Of a stretch of DNA of 64,000 nt, positions 52,355 through 64,000 are shown piece after piece. The DNA comes from Octopus vulgaris (taxonomy: Eukaryota): assembly GCA_951406725.2 (NCBI GenBank), contig OX597817.1, forward strand, positions 77,190,001-77,254,000. Reading direction: 5' to 3'. The notes under the pieces were generated by a model. The model searched no databases. It saw only the letters and a program-made list of their open reading frames with translations, and had not been told where the DNA came from. The translations under genes and the position numbers were made by a program. Positions within the stretch are counted from its first letter, which is position 1; every line of letters starts with the position of its first letter.

Positions 52355-53184
52355 TGTAATTTTCTGTTAATAATATTTATAATGGTAATTATTTCGTTTT
52401 CTCTATACAGATGTTCAATAATATTGTAAAGGAGAGGTTTATAGTCAATTGCAAGCAGCCCTAGTATTTTACTGGTACTTCATTTTTATCTTCTAGCATA
52501 AGGATGAAAATAAAAGTTGACCCCAAGAATTTAAATGTGGAGATTTAAAATAAACAAGAACAACAGCAACAAAAAAACTGAGAAAACAACAACTATAATA
52601 ATAATAATAATAATGATAATAATAATTTTTGACAAAGACCTAAAAGTCTAAAACTCACAGAGAAAGAGGAAATCGAAAGTTGTGTGTTATTCATACATTT
52701 CCTTGGGGCCATTAGCGCATTAAGTTAAGCCATTCCAACCAGGAATTGAAGATAATAACAACGACAACAACAACAACAATAATAGATGACAACGACAACA
52801 ACAATAATGAAAATTTAAATAATGATAATAATAATAAAAATAATAATAATAGTGATAATAATAATAATAATAACAAAAATTAGGAATAACGAGTAAAAGG
52901 AATAAAATTCTTGGGTAGAGTGAGGAGGATTTTTAAAATGAAATAAAATTTTTTAAAAATTGCAAAATAAGTAAAAAAAAAAAATTTAATTGTAAAAAGA
53001 AAACAACAAAAACTTTTATAAAAAAAAAGGAAGAAATCTATGTGCAGTCTACGAAAAAAAAAAAACAGAAGTATAAGCAACTTTAAAGAGAAAAAAATGT
53101 TTTGAAAAATACAAAAGTAAAAAGGTAAATAAACAAAAAATAATAATTATAATAGTAATAATAATAATGATAATAATAATAATA

Positions 53185-53224
<40 letters not shown>

Positions 53225-53258
53225 TTATAAAAAAAACAAGCAAACAAACTATACTCAC

Positions 53259-53282
53259 GCTGAAAGTCCGTCGAGCTGTGCA
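53259..53282 (-). CDS. Candidate 24-nt microexon (AQLDGLS, CTARRTFS or HSSTDFQ depending on phase)
   Basis: Consensus sites tattatctttttctag| and |gtgagt. GC-rich 24-mer in AT-rich DNA, open in all three frames. Confidence 0.55.
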
Positions 53283-53309
53283 CTAGAAAAAGATAATACG
53301 ACTACTTAC

Positions 53310-53351
53310 AAATCTTAACCAAGTCTTTGAGAAAACCAGAACAAAATATAT
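53310..53351 (-). CDS. Candidate 42-nt exon (phase 0 or 1 only)
   Basis: Acceptor ccctggttttag|, donor |gtaagt. Only 27 nt upstream of the microexon. Confidence 0.25.
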
Positions 53352-53451
53352 CTAAAACCAGGGCTGGGGAGATGAGGAGGAGGAGGTGTAGGAAGAACAA
53401 TTGTACAGGGTGGGTAAAGTGGGAAGGAGGGGGAATAGTATCAGATATTAC

Positions 53452-53486
<35 letters not shown>

Positions 53487-54902
53487 TATGCAAAAGTAAG
53501 CAATTAAAATACTGAAATAAACAGATGGATACATATCATTATAATTCATGAGGTACTCATAGAACAGCTAGAATCTGATTAATAATGCATCGATTAATTT
53601 CTTGTACATTCTGATAGATTCAAGCATGAATATGCTGATCGCTTTTGTTTTATATCACCGGAGAATATCTCCCTTCAGGCAATGTGTGTTTGTAACAGAT
53701 CAGATAGATTCATTGATGTTAAGTAACTCTTAAGTCACTGTAATGTTTTGGCCTCATTTTGTGTCTCTTCAGTCAAAGCTACTCCCAGATCAATGAATCA
53801 AACAGGTGTACAGGCCCTTGTTTATAAAGATCAGTAAACAAATTATTTACTGAAGTGTGCTGATGCCTGCCAAACTGATAATAAGGCATGAGGTGCACAC
53901 TGAAGAATGGGAATCTAAGCAGTTACGTATCTGTTCACTCAATACATTATGGTAGGTTCAAAGATGAATATGTGAACCACTGTTATTTTTAGTCATCAGA
54001 GAACATCTCCTTTCTTTAGACAACATATGTTCAAACTACAATTCATTCATTTAAAGGAAAATGCTCAGAATGTATGTTGATGTAAAGAAAATGTTAAGAG
54101 ATGTCTTCCAATGAAGAAAAACAACAGTAATCAACATATTTTGAATATTTACATATTAAGAATGAATAGATACGTAATTAAATATAATTATGTCTTAATT
54201 AATTACAAGGTCACCAAAGTCATTGGGAAATGATTAAGGCTGGATCCAGTGTGAGGGCTGTGTGACATTTATATCTCTTTCTCTCTCTCTAGGGTGTAAA
54301 GCGAAAATCAAATGACATTGGTTCCAAAAAAAAAAAAAACTAAGAAATCGATCAAAACTAATTCAGTGAGAGCTTATATAAATCTTAATTAATTAATTAA
54401 TTAATCAATTAGTAAATTTTTCTGTACACCTCTCTCCTATGCAGGTAATAACTCAAAAGCGATGAAAGATAATAATTTCTAAGTTATATTTAAATTACCG
54501 TTAATTTATGAAAATTAAAATATATATATAGATTAAAGATGAAAAAAAATGAAAGAGAAAATACAATGGTAATAATAAGGAAAGAAGATATAGACTTCTA
54601 AAGACATTCAAAGCCCGATTTCAAGAATGGTGGGAAGGGTGGCAAAAATAACAAAACAAAAATCAAAAATAGCTTTTAAGAGCTTCTATTATATCATATA
54701 AGCATCTACTGTCAGATAATGTGAAGCTATTCAATTATATATACATATACATCTATATATCTATCTATATGTATGTATATTTTATACACACACACACAGA
54801 CATATGCACATATATACATACATGTGTACATAGACATGTACATACACACATCTACAAACAAATTCGCACTTACATATATTCACATGTACATGTAAACACA
54901 TA

Positions 54903-54945
<43 letters not shown>

Positions 54946-55262
54946 TTTGTGTGTATATATATATTTAAATATATATATACTCACACATATATCTGTAGAT
55001 ATACATATATATATATATATGTATATACATGTATATACATACATAGTACATGCATACATACATATACACATGCATACATATACAGACACCTACATATATA
55101 TACACACACATTCACACACTTCTATACATATATACAACTGATACATAATTATCACTGGTCACGTCTATTTACATAGGTATACATATAAAAATCCAAAAGT
55201 GGATGCATATATATATATATATATATCATATATATGTCTGTGTGTGTGACTGTATATTTGTA

Positions 55263-55327
<65 letters not shown>

Positions 55328-55762
55328 ATATAAGTTGGCTGTCTGCTTCAGCAGAACTAGACCTCTTCATGTACCTATAATGAGATCTTTTCTAGCATGA
55401 GATCTCATATAACTTTTGAGCCCTGAAAGGCATTTGAAGAGCTGATCACAAATGCTGCAGCAATGTCTCATTTCAGCATTGGCTTCATTTTCTGCTTGTT
55501 TATTATGGATATTCAAGTGTCACTTCAATCCTCCATGTGACTTGCAGGGTTTTTGACAAACATGGCATTGAAATTGGTCATCCAGAATGAAATCACAACA
55601 GTTCATGTGTGCCTTACTTACTTATATATATGTGTGTGTGTATGTGTGCGTTTCTATATGTATTTGTGTGTGTGTGTGTGTGTGTGAGTATTTGTGTGTA
55701 CATACACATATTTCTGTTTGTTTGTGTGTGTGTTTGTGTGTGTATTGCATAAGAAGTTATTT

Positions 55763-56160
55763 GGCGCAGGAGTGGCTGTGTGGTAAGTAGCTTGCTAACC
55801 AACCACATGGTTCTGGCTTCATTCCCACTGCATGGCACCTTGGGCAAGTGTCATCTACTATAGCCTAGGGTGGACCAAAGCCTTGTGAGTGGATTTGGTA
55901 GATGAAAACTGAAAGAAGCCCGTCGTATACATGCATATATATATGTATGTGTGTGTATACGTTTGTGTGTCTGCGTTTGTCCCCCGACAACCGATGGTGG
56001 TGTGTTTGCGACCCCATAACTTAGTGGTTTGGCAAAAGAGAATGATAGAATAAGTATTAGGCTTCCAAAGAATAAGTTCTTGGGTCAATTTGCTTGACTA
56101 AAGGTGGTGTTGTAGCATGGCCACAGTCAAATGATTGAAACAAGTAAAAAGAGTAAAAAA
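55763..56160 (+). mobile_element. SINE family B, full length
   Basis: GGCGCAGGAGTGGCTGTGTGGTAAG head through CAAGTAAAAAGAGTAAAA tail. Confidence 0.9.
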
Positions 56161-56525
56161 AAAAAAAGACGTGTATATATACATATACATACATATGAAA
56201 TTGTAATAAAAGTCAATAATATGACTTCCCCTTATCAGAAATATCCATCCATGTGTGATGATTCAATAAATAAATCGTTTAGCTTCAGAAAAGTGTCTCC
56301 TTAAGCTATACCCACAGTAGGATTCCAACATAGTACCACTTCAATTACAAGTGCTACTTCTACTTGTGGAAAAGTACAGCTACACAGAAGACCCTTTTAA
56401 AGTTAAAATATTTAGATCAGAACATGAAAAATCTCTCTCATGGATGAAGGACTATGTCCAATGATGCTATGGGCTTTTAATCCCTTTGTGGAGTTGTAGG
56501 GATACTGCCATGTCAAATGACGTAC

Positions 56526-56585
56526 CTTGGTATTCTTTATACCTGGTGGAGCCAATCTCTTTCCAGGTTTCAATACAGTTGAATT
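56526..56585 (-). CDS. Candidate 60-nt symmetric exon (phase 0 NSTVLKPGKRLAPPGIKNTK or phase 1 FNCIETWKEIGSTRYKEYQ)
   Basis: Acceptor cactttctcttctgtaag|, strong donor AAG|gtacgt. Confidence 0.45.
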
Positions 56586-57697
56586 CTTACAGAAGAGAAA
56601 GTGACAAGCAGGAAGAATGAGAGAAAGAAAATAAATGACCCAACACAGGACAATTGAATCTAATGATTGAATCCCAATGTTTGACATCATGATTCCTTCA
56701 CAGACATCCATGGCCTACCAGATTAGGATTTATTCTCTGTTTCTGTGGTGTGCAGCAGATGGACAAGATGAATCTACCCTCAATGGGGAACCAGTCTATC
56801 ACTGTCAATATTCACCATAAGTGGAACTGAACACAGCACCTAAAGCTAACAAAGTAACACACACACACACACACATATGTATACATACATTTGCTCCTTT
56901 CAGTTTCCTTCTAACCAAATCCACTTACTTTGCTTGGACTGAGGCTATAGACCACTTTTATATATAATACATATGCACACACACATGATGGGATTCTTTC
57001 AGTTTCCATCTCCCATAGCCACTCACAAGGCTTGGCCACATACTCTGAACCCAATAGCCATGGCCTTCCTAATTTCATTTAACACAGCTATTCTATTAAC
57101 CTAAATTTTTAAAGATAACACTTTTGCGTAATGCTTTAAAAACATACTTTTAAAGCAAAAGGAATTTTATAAATTGTTATTTTATATTTATTTATATAAT
57201 TTTACAAATTATTACTTAAAATTTTTTCACGTTTATTGTTTTACTTTTTTTATTTATTTTAGTTTTTTCTGTGTAATGATATACAATAAAGTCATGAGAC
57301 AGGAAAAGAGAGAATATTTGCAATAGAGTCGAGTAAATATGACTTGCAAAAAGTCACAGACCAATATGAAAAAAAAAAAAAGAATTTACAGTACTTAAAT
57401 GTAAATTATTCTGTTTTATTAAATATACTGATTGTTATGTTGTATCATATGCAGAAAAAAAAACAAACTAAAGTTTGGTACACAAAATATATTTAGTACA
57501 ATATTGTTGTCATTGTTATTGTTGTCAATAGTGGCAGTGATGGTATTGATGTTGTTTATTGTTGAACAACCTTGGTAAGTTCTGTTTGAAAAATAAATTT
57601 TTGCAGAGATGGGACCTGATAAAGAAAGTCATTCGACCTTCTAGCTGTAGCCGTCATGTCTCTACTGCAGATACACTGTCTAAAGGTTTGCTACTGA

Positions 57698-58148
57698 ACC
57701 CTTTCGTTACCAACCCGCCTGAAACCGCCTCTGGCTCTGAGTACAAATGTTCTGTTTTTGTAAGTTTTGAATTAAAATCTTCCACCAAACCTTAGTCACA
57801 ATTTATGTTCCTAACACTAGCTTAATGATAACTAAGTTAGTTTACTAAATTCTTTGTTATATTTAAAGTAAGTGAAAGAAACACAGAGCATCTCAAAATA
57901 AATACATTAACAAAAGGATTTTTGACCTTTTAGCATTTCAAATGACCATATCTGGCCCAAATATTCTACCTTATTTTATATTCAAACTGACCAGATTCAG
58001 CTTCTCAAGTATTCATTATGACATCATTCTAAATATAAACAATTATATCATCGAAATCTTAAAGCTGTGAAACAATGCATGATTAATCAAAATAATGTGA
58101 ATAAATAAGCATTACACTTGGTAGAGTAATCTGAATGTTAAAGGGTTA
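57698..58148. mobile_element. Two adjacent TTAA/CCCT-ended (piggyBac/Kolobok-like) MITEs
   Basis: AACCCTTTCGTTACC...AACAAAAGGATT (57698-57920) and ACCTTTTAGCATT...AATGTTAAAGGGTTAA (57925-58148). Relatives of the first at ~39040-39290, 46580-46765 and 61660-61770. Confidence 0.65.
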
Positions 58149-58259
58149 AACATGTTGAAACTATGTAGGCCTGACAGAACCCTTAGTTTTGTCTGGCTGA
58201 GAACATGGTAACTTCTTGAGGGCCAGTGCTAAAGTTAAATGAACCTGATGTAATCTGAA

Positions 58260-58630
58260 GTAGCCAATGATAGGAAGGACATCTAGTTGTCAAAGACAAT
58301 AATAAACTTAATAAATGTTCCACTGAGACATGGTACCTAGCTTGGAGAACAACAATGCCAAGTGAAAACTGACTCGATCAATGATGATTCATCCACCCAT
58401 ACCAGCAAGGAAAACAATCACAAAACCTGAACTCAATGTAGTCTGTGAAGTGGTTGGTGTTAAGGAGATCTAGTTGTAGAAAGGGAGCCAAATTTAATAA
58501 AGTTCCTTTGAGATGCAGTCCCCATCTCCAAGAACAGTAACCCACAAATAAGAACTGACTTGGTCTATGACGATGTCACACAACCCAAACCAACAAGGAA
58601 AGCAAAGTACAAAAGTCATGATGATGATGA
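58260..58630 (+). repeat. Two diverged tandem copies of a family-C-related SINE 3' half
   Basis: ATCTAGTTGT..TTAATAAA..TGAGA..AACTGACT..ACCCA.ACCA.CAAGGAAA repeated with a period of about 190 bp and ending in (GAT)n. Confidence 0.6.
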
Positions 58631-59351
58631 TGAGGCCACCTACAATGCCACTGCCAATGATGATGATAATGATGCTTAATAATGACGCTGATGACTGATG
58701 ATGATTGATGATGATGATGACTGATGATGATGGTGACTGATTATGATGGTGACTGATGATGTTGGTGACTGATGATGATGGTGACTGATGATGATGGTGA
58801 CTGATGATGGTGATGATGATGATGACTGCTGATGATGAATGATAATGACTGAAGCTGATGATTGATGATGACTAATGGTGATGAAGATAACGATGATCCC
58901 TTTTATTTGCAAGATCATAGCAATATCATTTTACAGAGATTTAGTCATTACCGCTGACCAAGTTAACTAACCACACAGACACACACAAACCCTAATTAGT
59001 TTACTCATTACACTCTGTGCTGTTTAGCAAACAAAAATCAACACATCAAATAACAATATGAATATAAAATTTTCTAGGTGCAATCCCATGATCATGCCTG
59101 TATGTATGCCTGTATAAGTGTAAGTATATATATGCGTGTGTTCATGCACGTGTGTATATCTGCAAAGTTCTAATGAGTTGGTGTTTAACAACATATAATT
59201 AATTGAGTTCTTAATTTACTGTGAATAGATATTTTTGATGTTCTCTACATCATCTTTCACTATAGAGACATACACACACACACTCACACACACACACACA
59301 TCCAAATACAGAGAAAGGGGGCGGGGAAGAAAGACCAAAATAGCTCAGTAC

Positions 59352-59458
59352 TCTTCTAAGAAAATAAATGTGGTCAGAACACATGAACTGTTGTTTTGGC
59401 TTTAGTAGGAAGGCAGATTTGAGGCAGTTACGAAATAGTCGAGGAGACAGACGGAAAC
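59352..59458 (-). CDS. Candidate exon (107 nt, phase 1->0): FRLSPRLFRNCLKSAFLLKPKQQFMCSDHIYFLRR
   Basis: Good acceptor ctctgcattgctctcatttag|, weak donor |gtactg, single open frame. Confidence 0.3.
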
Positions 59459-59610
59459 CTAAATGAGAGCAATGCAGAGATAAAAACAGAGAGAAGGGGG
59501 CAAACAAGCAAAGCAGAGAGAGAGACAGAGAGAGAGAGAGAAAGCAAGAAGCAAAGAAACAAGAAGAGAATTATCATGAAAGTATCTAATAAAGAAAGTT
59601 ATAGACAAGT

Positions 59611-59695
<85 letters not shown>

Positions 59696-60075
59696 TTGTA
59701 TAAACTAAACAAACATTCACAATCTACAATATAGGAAAATGATTCAGTTTATGTCTATGAGAGGAATCTAGATAGCATTGATGGAAAGGAGGCCTTCATT
59801 CAACAAAGAAGAGACGGGTGCATAAAGATTATATATATATATATATATATCTTTGCAGGTATGTGTGTACATATATACATATATGTAGATGTTTATGTGT
59901 GCGTGCGTATATATATACATATATATATATGTACGTATACACACACACACATATATATACAAAGATATATATGCAAGTATATGCGTACATATATATGTAT
60001 ATATATGTGTATATATATGTATACACACACATACATATTGATATAAATATATATACATGTATATGTGTGTATGTG

Positions 60076-60111
<36 letters not shown>

Positions 60112-61804
60112 TGTATGTATGTATATGAGACACAAAATGGAAAGGCTAAGAGAAGAAAAGAAAACAAAAACAAAAAGAAATAGAAAAATTTTGGCTAGAA
60201 ACCATAATTCTAGTTTATTGAAGAATGCTAACATAGTATATTATAGAAAGCAAGGTCACTAATTCTGTAGGAAGAACACAGTGAGAACTCTTGTGGTGAT
60301 TGGTTGTTAGAGAAAGGAGAGAGAGAGAGGAGATTGAGAGAGAGAGAGGAGATTGAGAGAGAGAGAGAGGAGAGTGAAAGAGAGAGAGTAGATTAAGGAA
60401 ATGTGAAAGAGAAAATTTTAAAGTGAAACAGAAAAGAGCAAAATCAAATAAATTTGTAGGCAACGTTAGTTCACTTGTTAAATAAGTAAGCATTTAGCCA
60501 TCAGAAACACTGCCTTGTTGTGCAAATTCTCAAGATAAGGAACTGCATAACTAAGTCTTCATTGGGATTACCATAAAAGACCAGAGCCGTTTTAGCATTA
60601 TTATAGGCCCCCAGTGAAATCAATGTATTGGGCCCTATAGTATTTATTAACTGAAAGCCACAAAATACATAGATCTGAATTGGGTCCTGAGAGCTGTGAG
60701 GCCACCTGAGTTACAGCAAAAGACACTATGTTAACCATGGGTAAATAGGTTGCCTATCTAAGTGGATTAAATACTGTCAATGACCCGACTAACAGGTTTC
60801 AACCAGAAATTAGAATAATTTGCTGGTAAAAAGGGGAGATAATCATGAATCAAGTGGTAGACAAACAGTCTCAGATTAAATGTTTCTTAGGTCGACTTTG
60901 CTCTTCATCCTTTTAGTCATCACCATGGTTGGTTTAATGTCCACTTTTCCATGCTCGCATGGGTCAGAAGGAATTTGTTGAGGCTGGGTTTTCTATAGCT
61001 GGATGCCCTTCCTGCTGCTAACCCTCACCTGTTTCAAAAGCAAGGTAATATATCCCCACAACCAGCCACGCTTATCACTAAGTACTTGGAAATGAAAGAC
61101 AGGGCTTTTTATGATGGTGACAGTAAGACGCACCCATATATATATGTATACATACATATATATGTGTATATAGGTGTCTTTTCATGTATTAATCCAAAAT
61201 TGAGATGAACACGAATTTTTCAGCTTGAAAAATTGCTAAGATATTTTCTCAACACAAAACCAATGGTAGCCTTAATGCACAAATAAAGAATCTTTATCAA
61301 CCAATGCGGTGTTGAGCACTCATTCTTATTGTGTGACATTTAAGTATATATATATACACATGTATATATACAAATATATATCTATATACACACTCAAATG
61401 TATATGATAAGCTTCTTTGAAAACTCATTCATCACAATGTCTCAGTTGGCTTGGGACTATAGAGGAAGACACTTGTCCAAGGTGCCATGCAGCGGGACTG
61501 AACCCAGAACTATGTTATTCGGAAGCAAACTTCTTACCATGCCTGTGCCTTTAAGTAGGCTTTTAAGGGTTTATAAAATAAACTGCCAATCAAGGGTTCA
61601 GTTGATTTAATTGACTTACACGCCCCCCCCCCTCTCCTCTGGCATTCAGAATATAAATGAACATAAAATATTGATGGAAGGTTTTAATTTAGACCAGTTT
61701 TAAAAACAGGAAGTTTGTACCATTGAACCAAGAGCAGTTTCAGGTGGGATGATATCAGAAGGGTTAAATTAGAAATTATTATTGTTATTATCATAATCAT
61801 TTTA

Positions 61805-61844
<40 letters not shown>

Positions 61845-62358
61845 CAGCAGCAGTAGGGCTGGTAGTGGTGGGTGGTGGTGGTGGTGGTGGTGGTAGCAGT
61901 TTAGTCCTGCAGCAACTCCAACTGTCATTATGAATTAGTTATCAGGAATGTACAGAATCTCCTCCAGGCAGACCTTTTTCATGGATGGCTGCCTTCTGAT
62001 CAGAGACTGTGTGGTGTGCATGTGTGTGTAGGTGTGTTCTCTGTGTGTGAAGTGCTGTTGTGCTTCATGAGGGAAAAATAAAAACAGAAGCTGAAACTGC
62101 AGAACAGATCAAGGATAACTTTCAGAACACTTAAGGCACAATATTTCATAACAATTCACACACACACGTGGACTGTACATAGGTACATATATGCATATGT
62201 ATGTATAATTTAATATGGTCCATTACAGATAAACCAGAATTACTTCAAGTTTCATATCTACTTAAAATTTTAACTAATTAATCCTCAGCTGATAAAAAAA
62301 TTATCAACTTCTTGAAAGAAATCTAGAATCATATGCTAGTATGGACATTAAATGATAA

Positions 62359-62411
<53 letters not shown>

Positions 62412-62744
62412 TATATATACACACACAATATTTATTCATTAATGATCAGTATGAATTCGTATCTGTATATGAGGTTTCACATTCGCAATTTACCCCCCGT
62501 ATTGAGCACACGTTCTACTGCTCATAAATACTATTGCATGTATGTATGTATGTTATGTATGTATGTATTTATGTACGAATGTATGCATGTATATATGTGT
62601 ATATATATGTATGTGTATATATATTATGTATACATAAATACATATATATGCATATATATAAAATATATACACACACATATATATATACATATTTATATAC
62701 TTACACATATACATACACATACATACCTAGACATATGTAAACAT

Positions 62745-63088
62745 ACATATGTATATACATACATATATGTATACACATACATATATGTATACACATACAT
62801 ATATGTATACAAATATATATACCTACATATATATACATATGTATATATACATACGTGTATATATATATATATATATATATACATACGTATATATACACAT
62901 ACGTATATATATATATATACATACGTATATATACACATACGTATATATATATACACATACGTATATATATATATATACATACGTATATATACACATACGT
63001 ATATATATATACACATACGTATATATATATATATATACATACGTATATATACACATACGTATATATATATATATATATATATACATAC

Positions 63089-63173
<85 letters not shown>

Positions 63174-63310
63174 CATACGTATATATATATATATACATAC
63201 GTATATATATATATATACATACGTATATATATATATATATATACGTATATATATATATATACATACGTATATATATATATATATACATACGTATATACAT
63301 ACATATAAAT
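62745..63310. repeat. Higher-order (TA)n minisatellite punctuated by CATACG / CACATACG
   Basis: Seen directly; it generates the long YI/VY ORFs in the track. Confidence 0.95.
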
Positions 63311-64000
63311 ATATATACATATACATGCATATACATACATACCTACACATGCATATACATACATACCTACACACACACACACATATATAATGGTACCCAC
63401 AGGGTTAGTAGTTAGATAACTAAGAGTTTGCTTCAGATGTCTTGTTAACAAGAAGTAAGGCCAATAATTCTGCTTTATTGGATGAGCTATATTCCAGGGA
63501 GAAGGAATAAGCCATTTTCTGAGGCAGGCCAATATGGTATGAGCCATTGACCATGTAAGGTGATTTTGGTCAGTAATTCAGCCCAATCTTCTAGATTTAG
63601 GTAAAAAAAAAACAAAAAAAAAAAAAACCCTGCAGTGAAATAGATAAATATATAAAGAAAGGAAGAAAGAAAGAAGTAGATAAATAAAACAGAAATGACT
63701 TGCTTTAGTTTTTCACCATCAATGAGCTTCCCTGTAATGATATACAATTTAGAACACACTGACATGCTATGTCCTTCCAGGTTTACAAAGGTTGTGTTAG
63801 CAATGTAGAAGAGGAGAACATGTTTCATTACTATTGTTTGTTTGCATTTTGTTTTTGTGTTTTTGTTTTTTTTGTCTTTTGTTTCTGGCAGAGTAAAAAA
63901 AAACTGTTAAGTTGTAAGGTCAGAAATAGGATGTGGAATCAAAGAGAATTCTATGGAGTTTATACTAAAAGGTAAAAAAAAGAAGAAAAAATGTCTTAAA

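Noticed and set aside
62745-63310. Regularly punctuated repeat resembling a CRISPR-like array
   Set aside because: The spacers are just variable (TA)n; eukaryotic context with no cas genes.

Overview
AT-rich, extremely microsatellite-dense eukaryotic DNA. From recall of its three SINE families (Nin/Deu-, CORE- and Meta-domain tRNA-type SINEs) it is most likely an octopus or other coleoid cephalopod genome. Almost all ORFs in the supplied track are artefacts of (TA)n/(CA)n/(GA)n/(TAA)n tracts or of SINE antisense strands. The window reads as the inside of a long gene on the minus strand. I find about a dozen candidate small exons with canonical splice sites, many symmetric and phase 2, but I cannot recognise the protein, so these calls are tentative. 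Mobile DNA includes dozens of SINE copies, a non-autonomous Helitron, mariner-like and TTAA/CCCT-type MITEs, R4/Dong-like retrotransposon ends sitting in (TAA)n, and a Penelope-like GIY-YIG fossil. There are also several degenerate minimal type-I hammerhead ribozymes of the Penelope type. The most striking structure is a near-identical 1.09-kb local duplication bracketed by ~95-bp inverted repeats that carry a broken hammerhead-like motif. Other notable items are a ~200-nt hairpin, an 81-nt three-way-junction mini-element and clusters of RFX X-box motifs.
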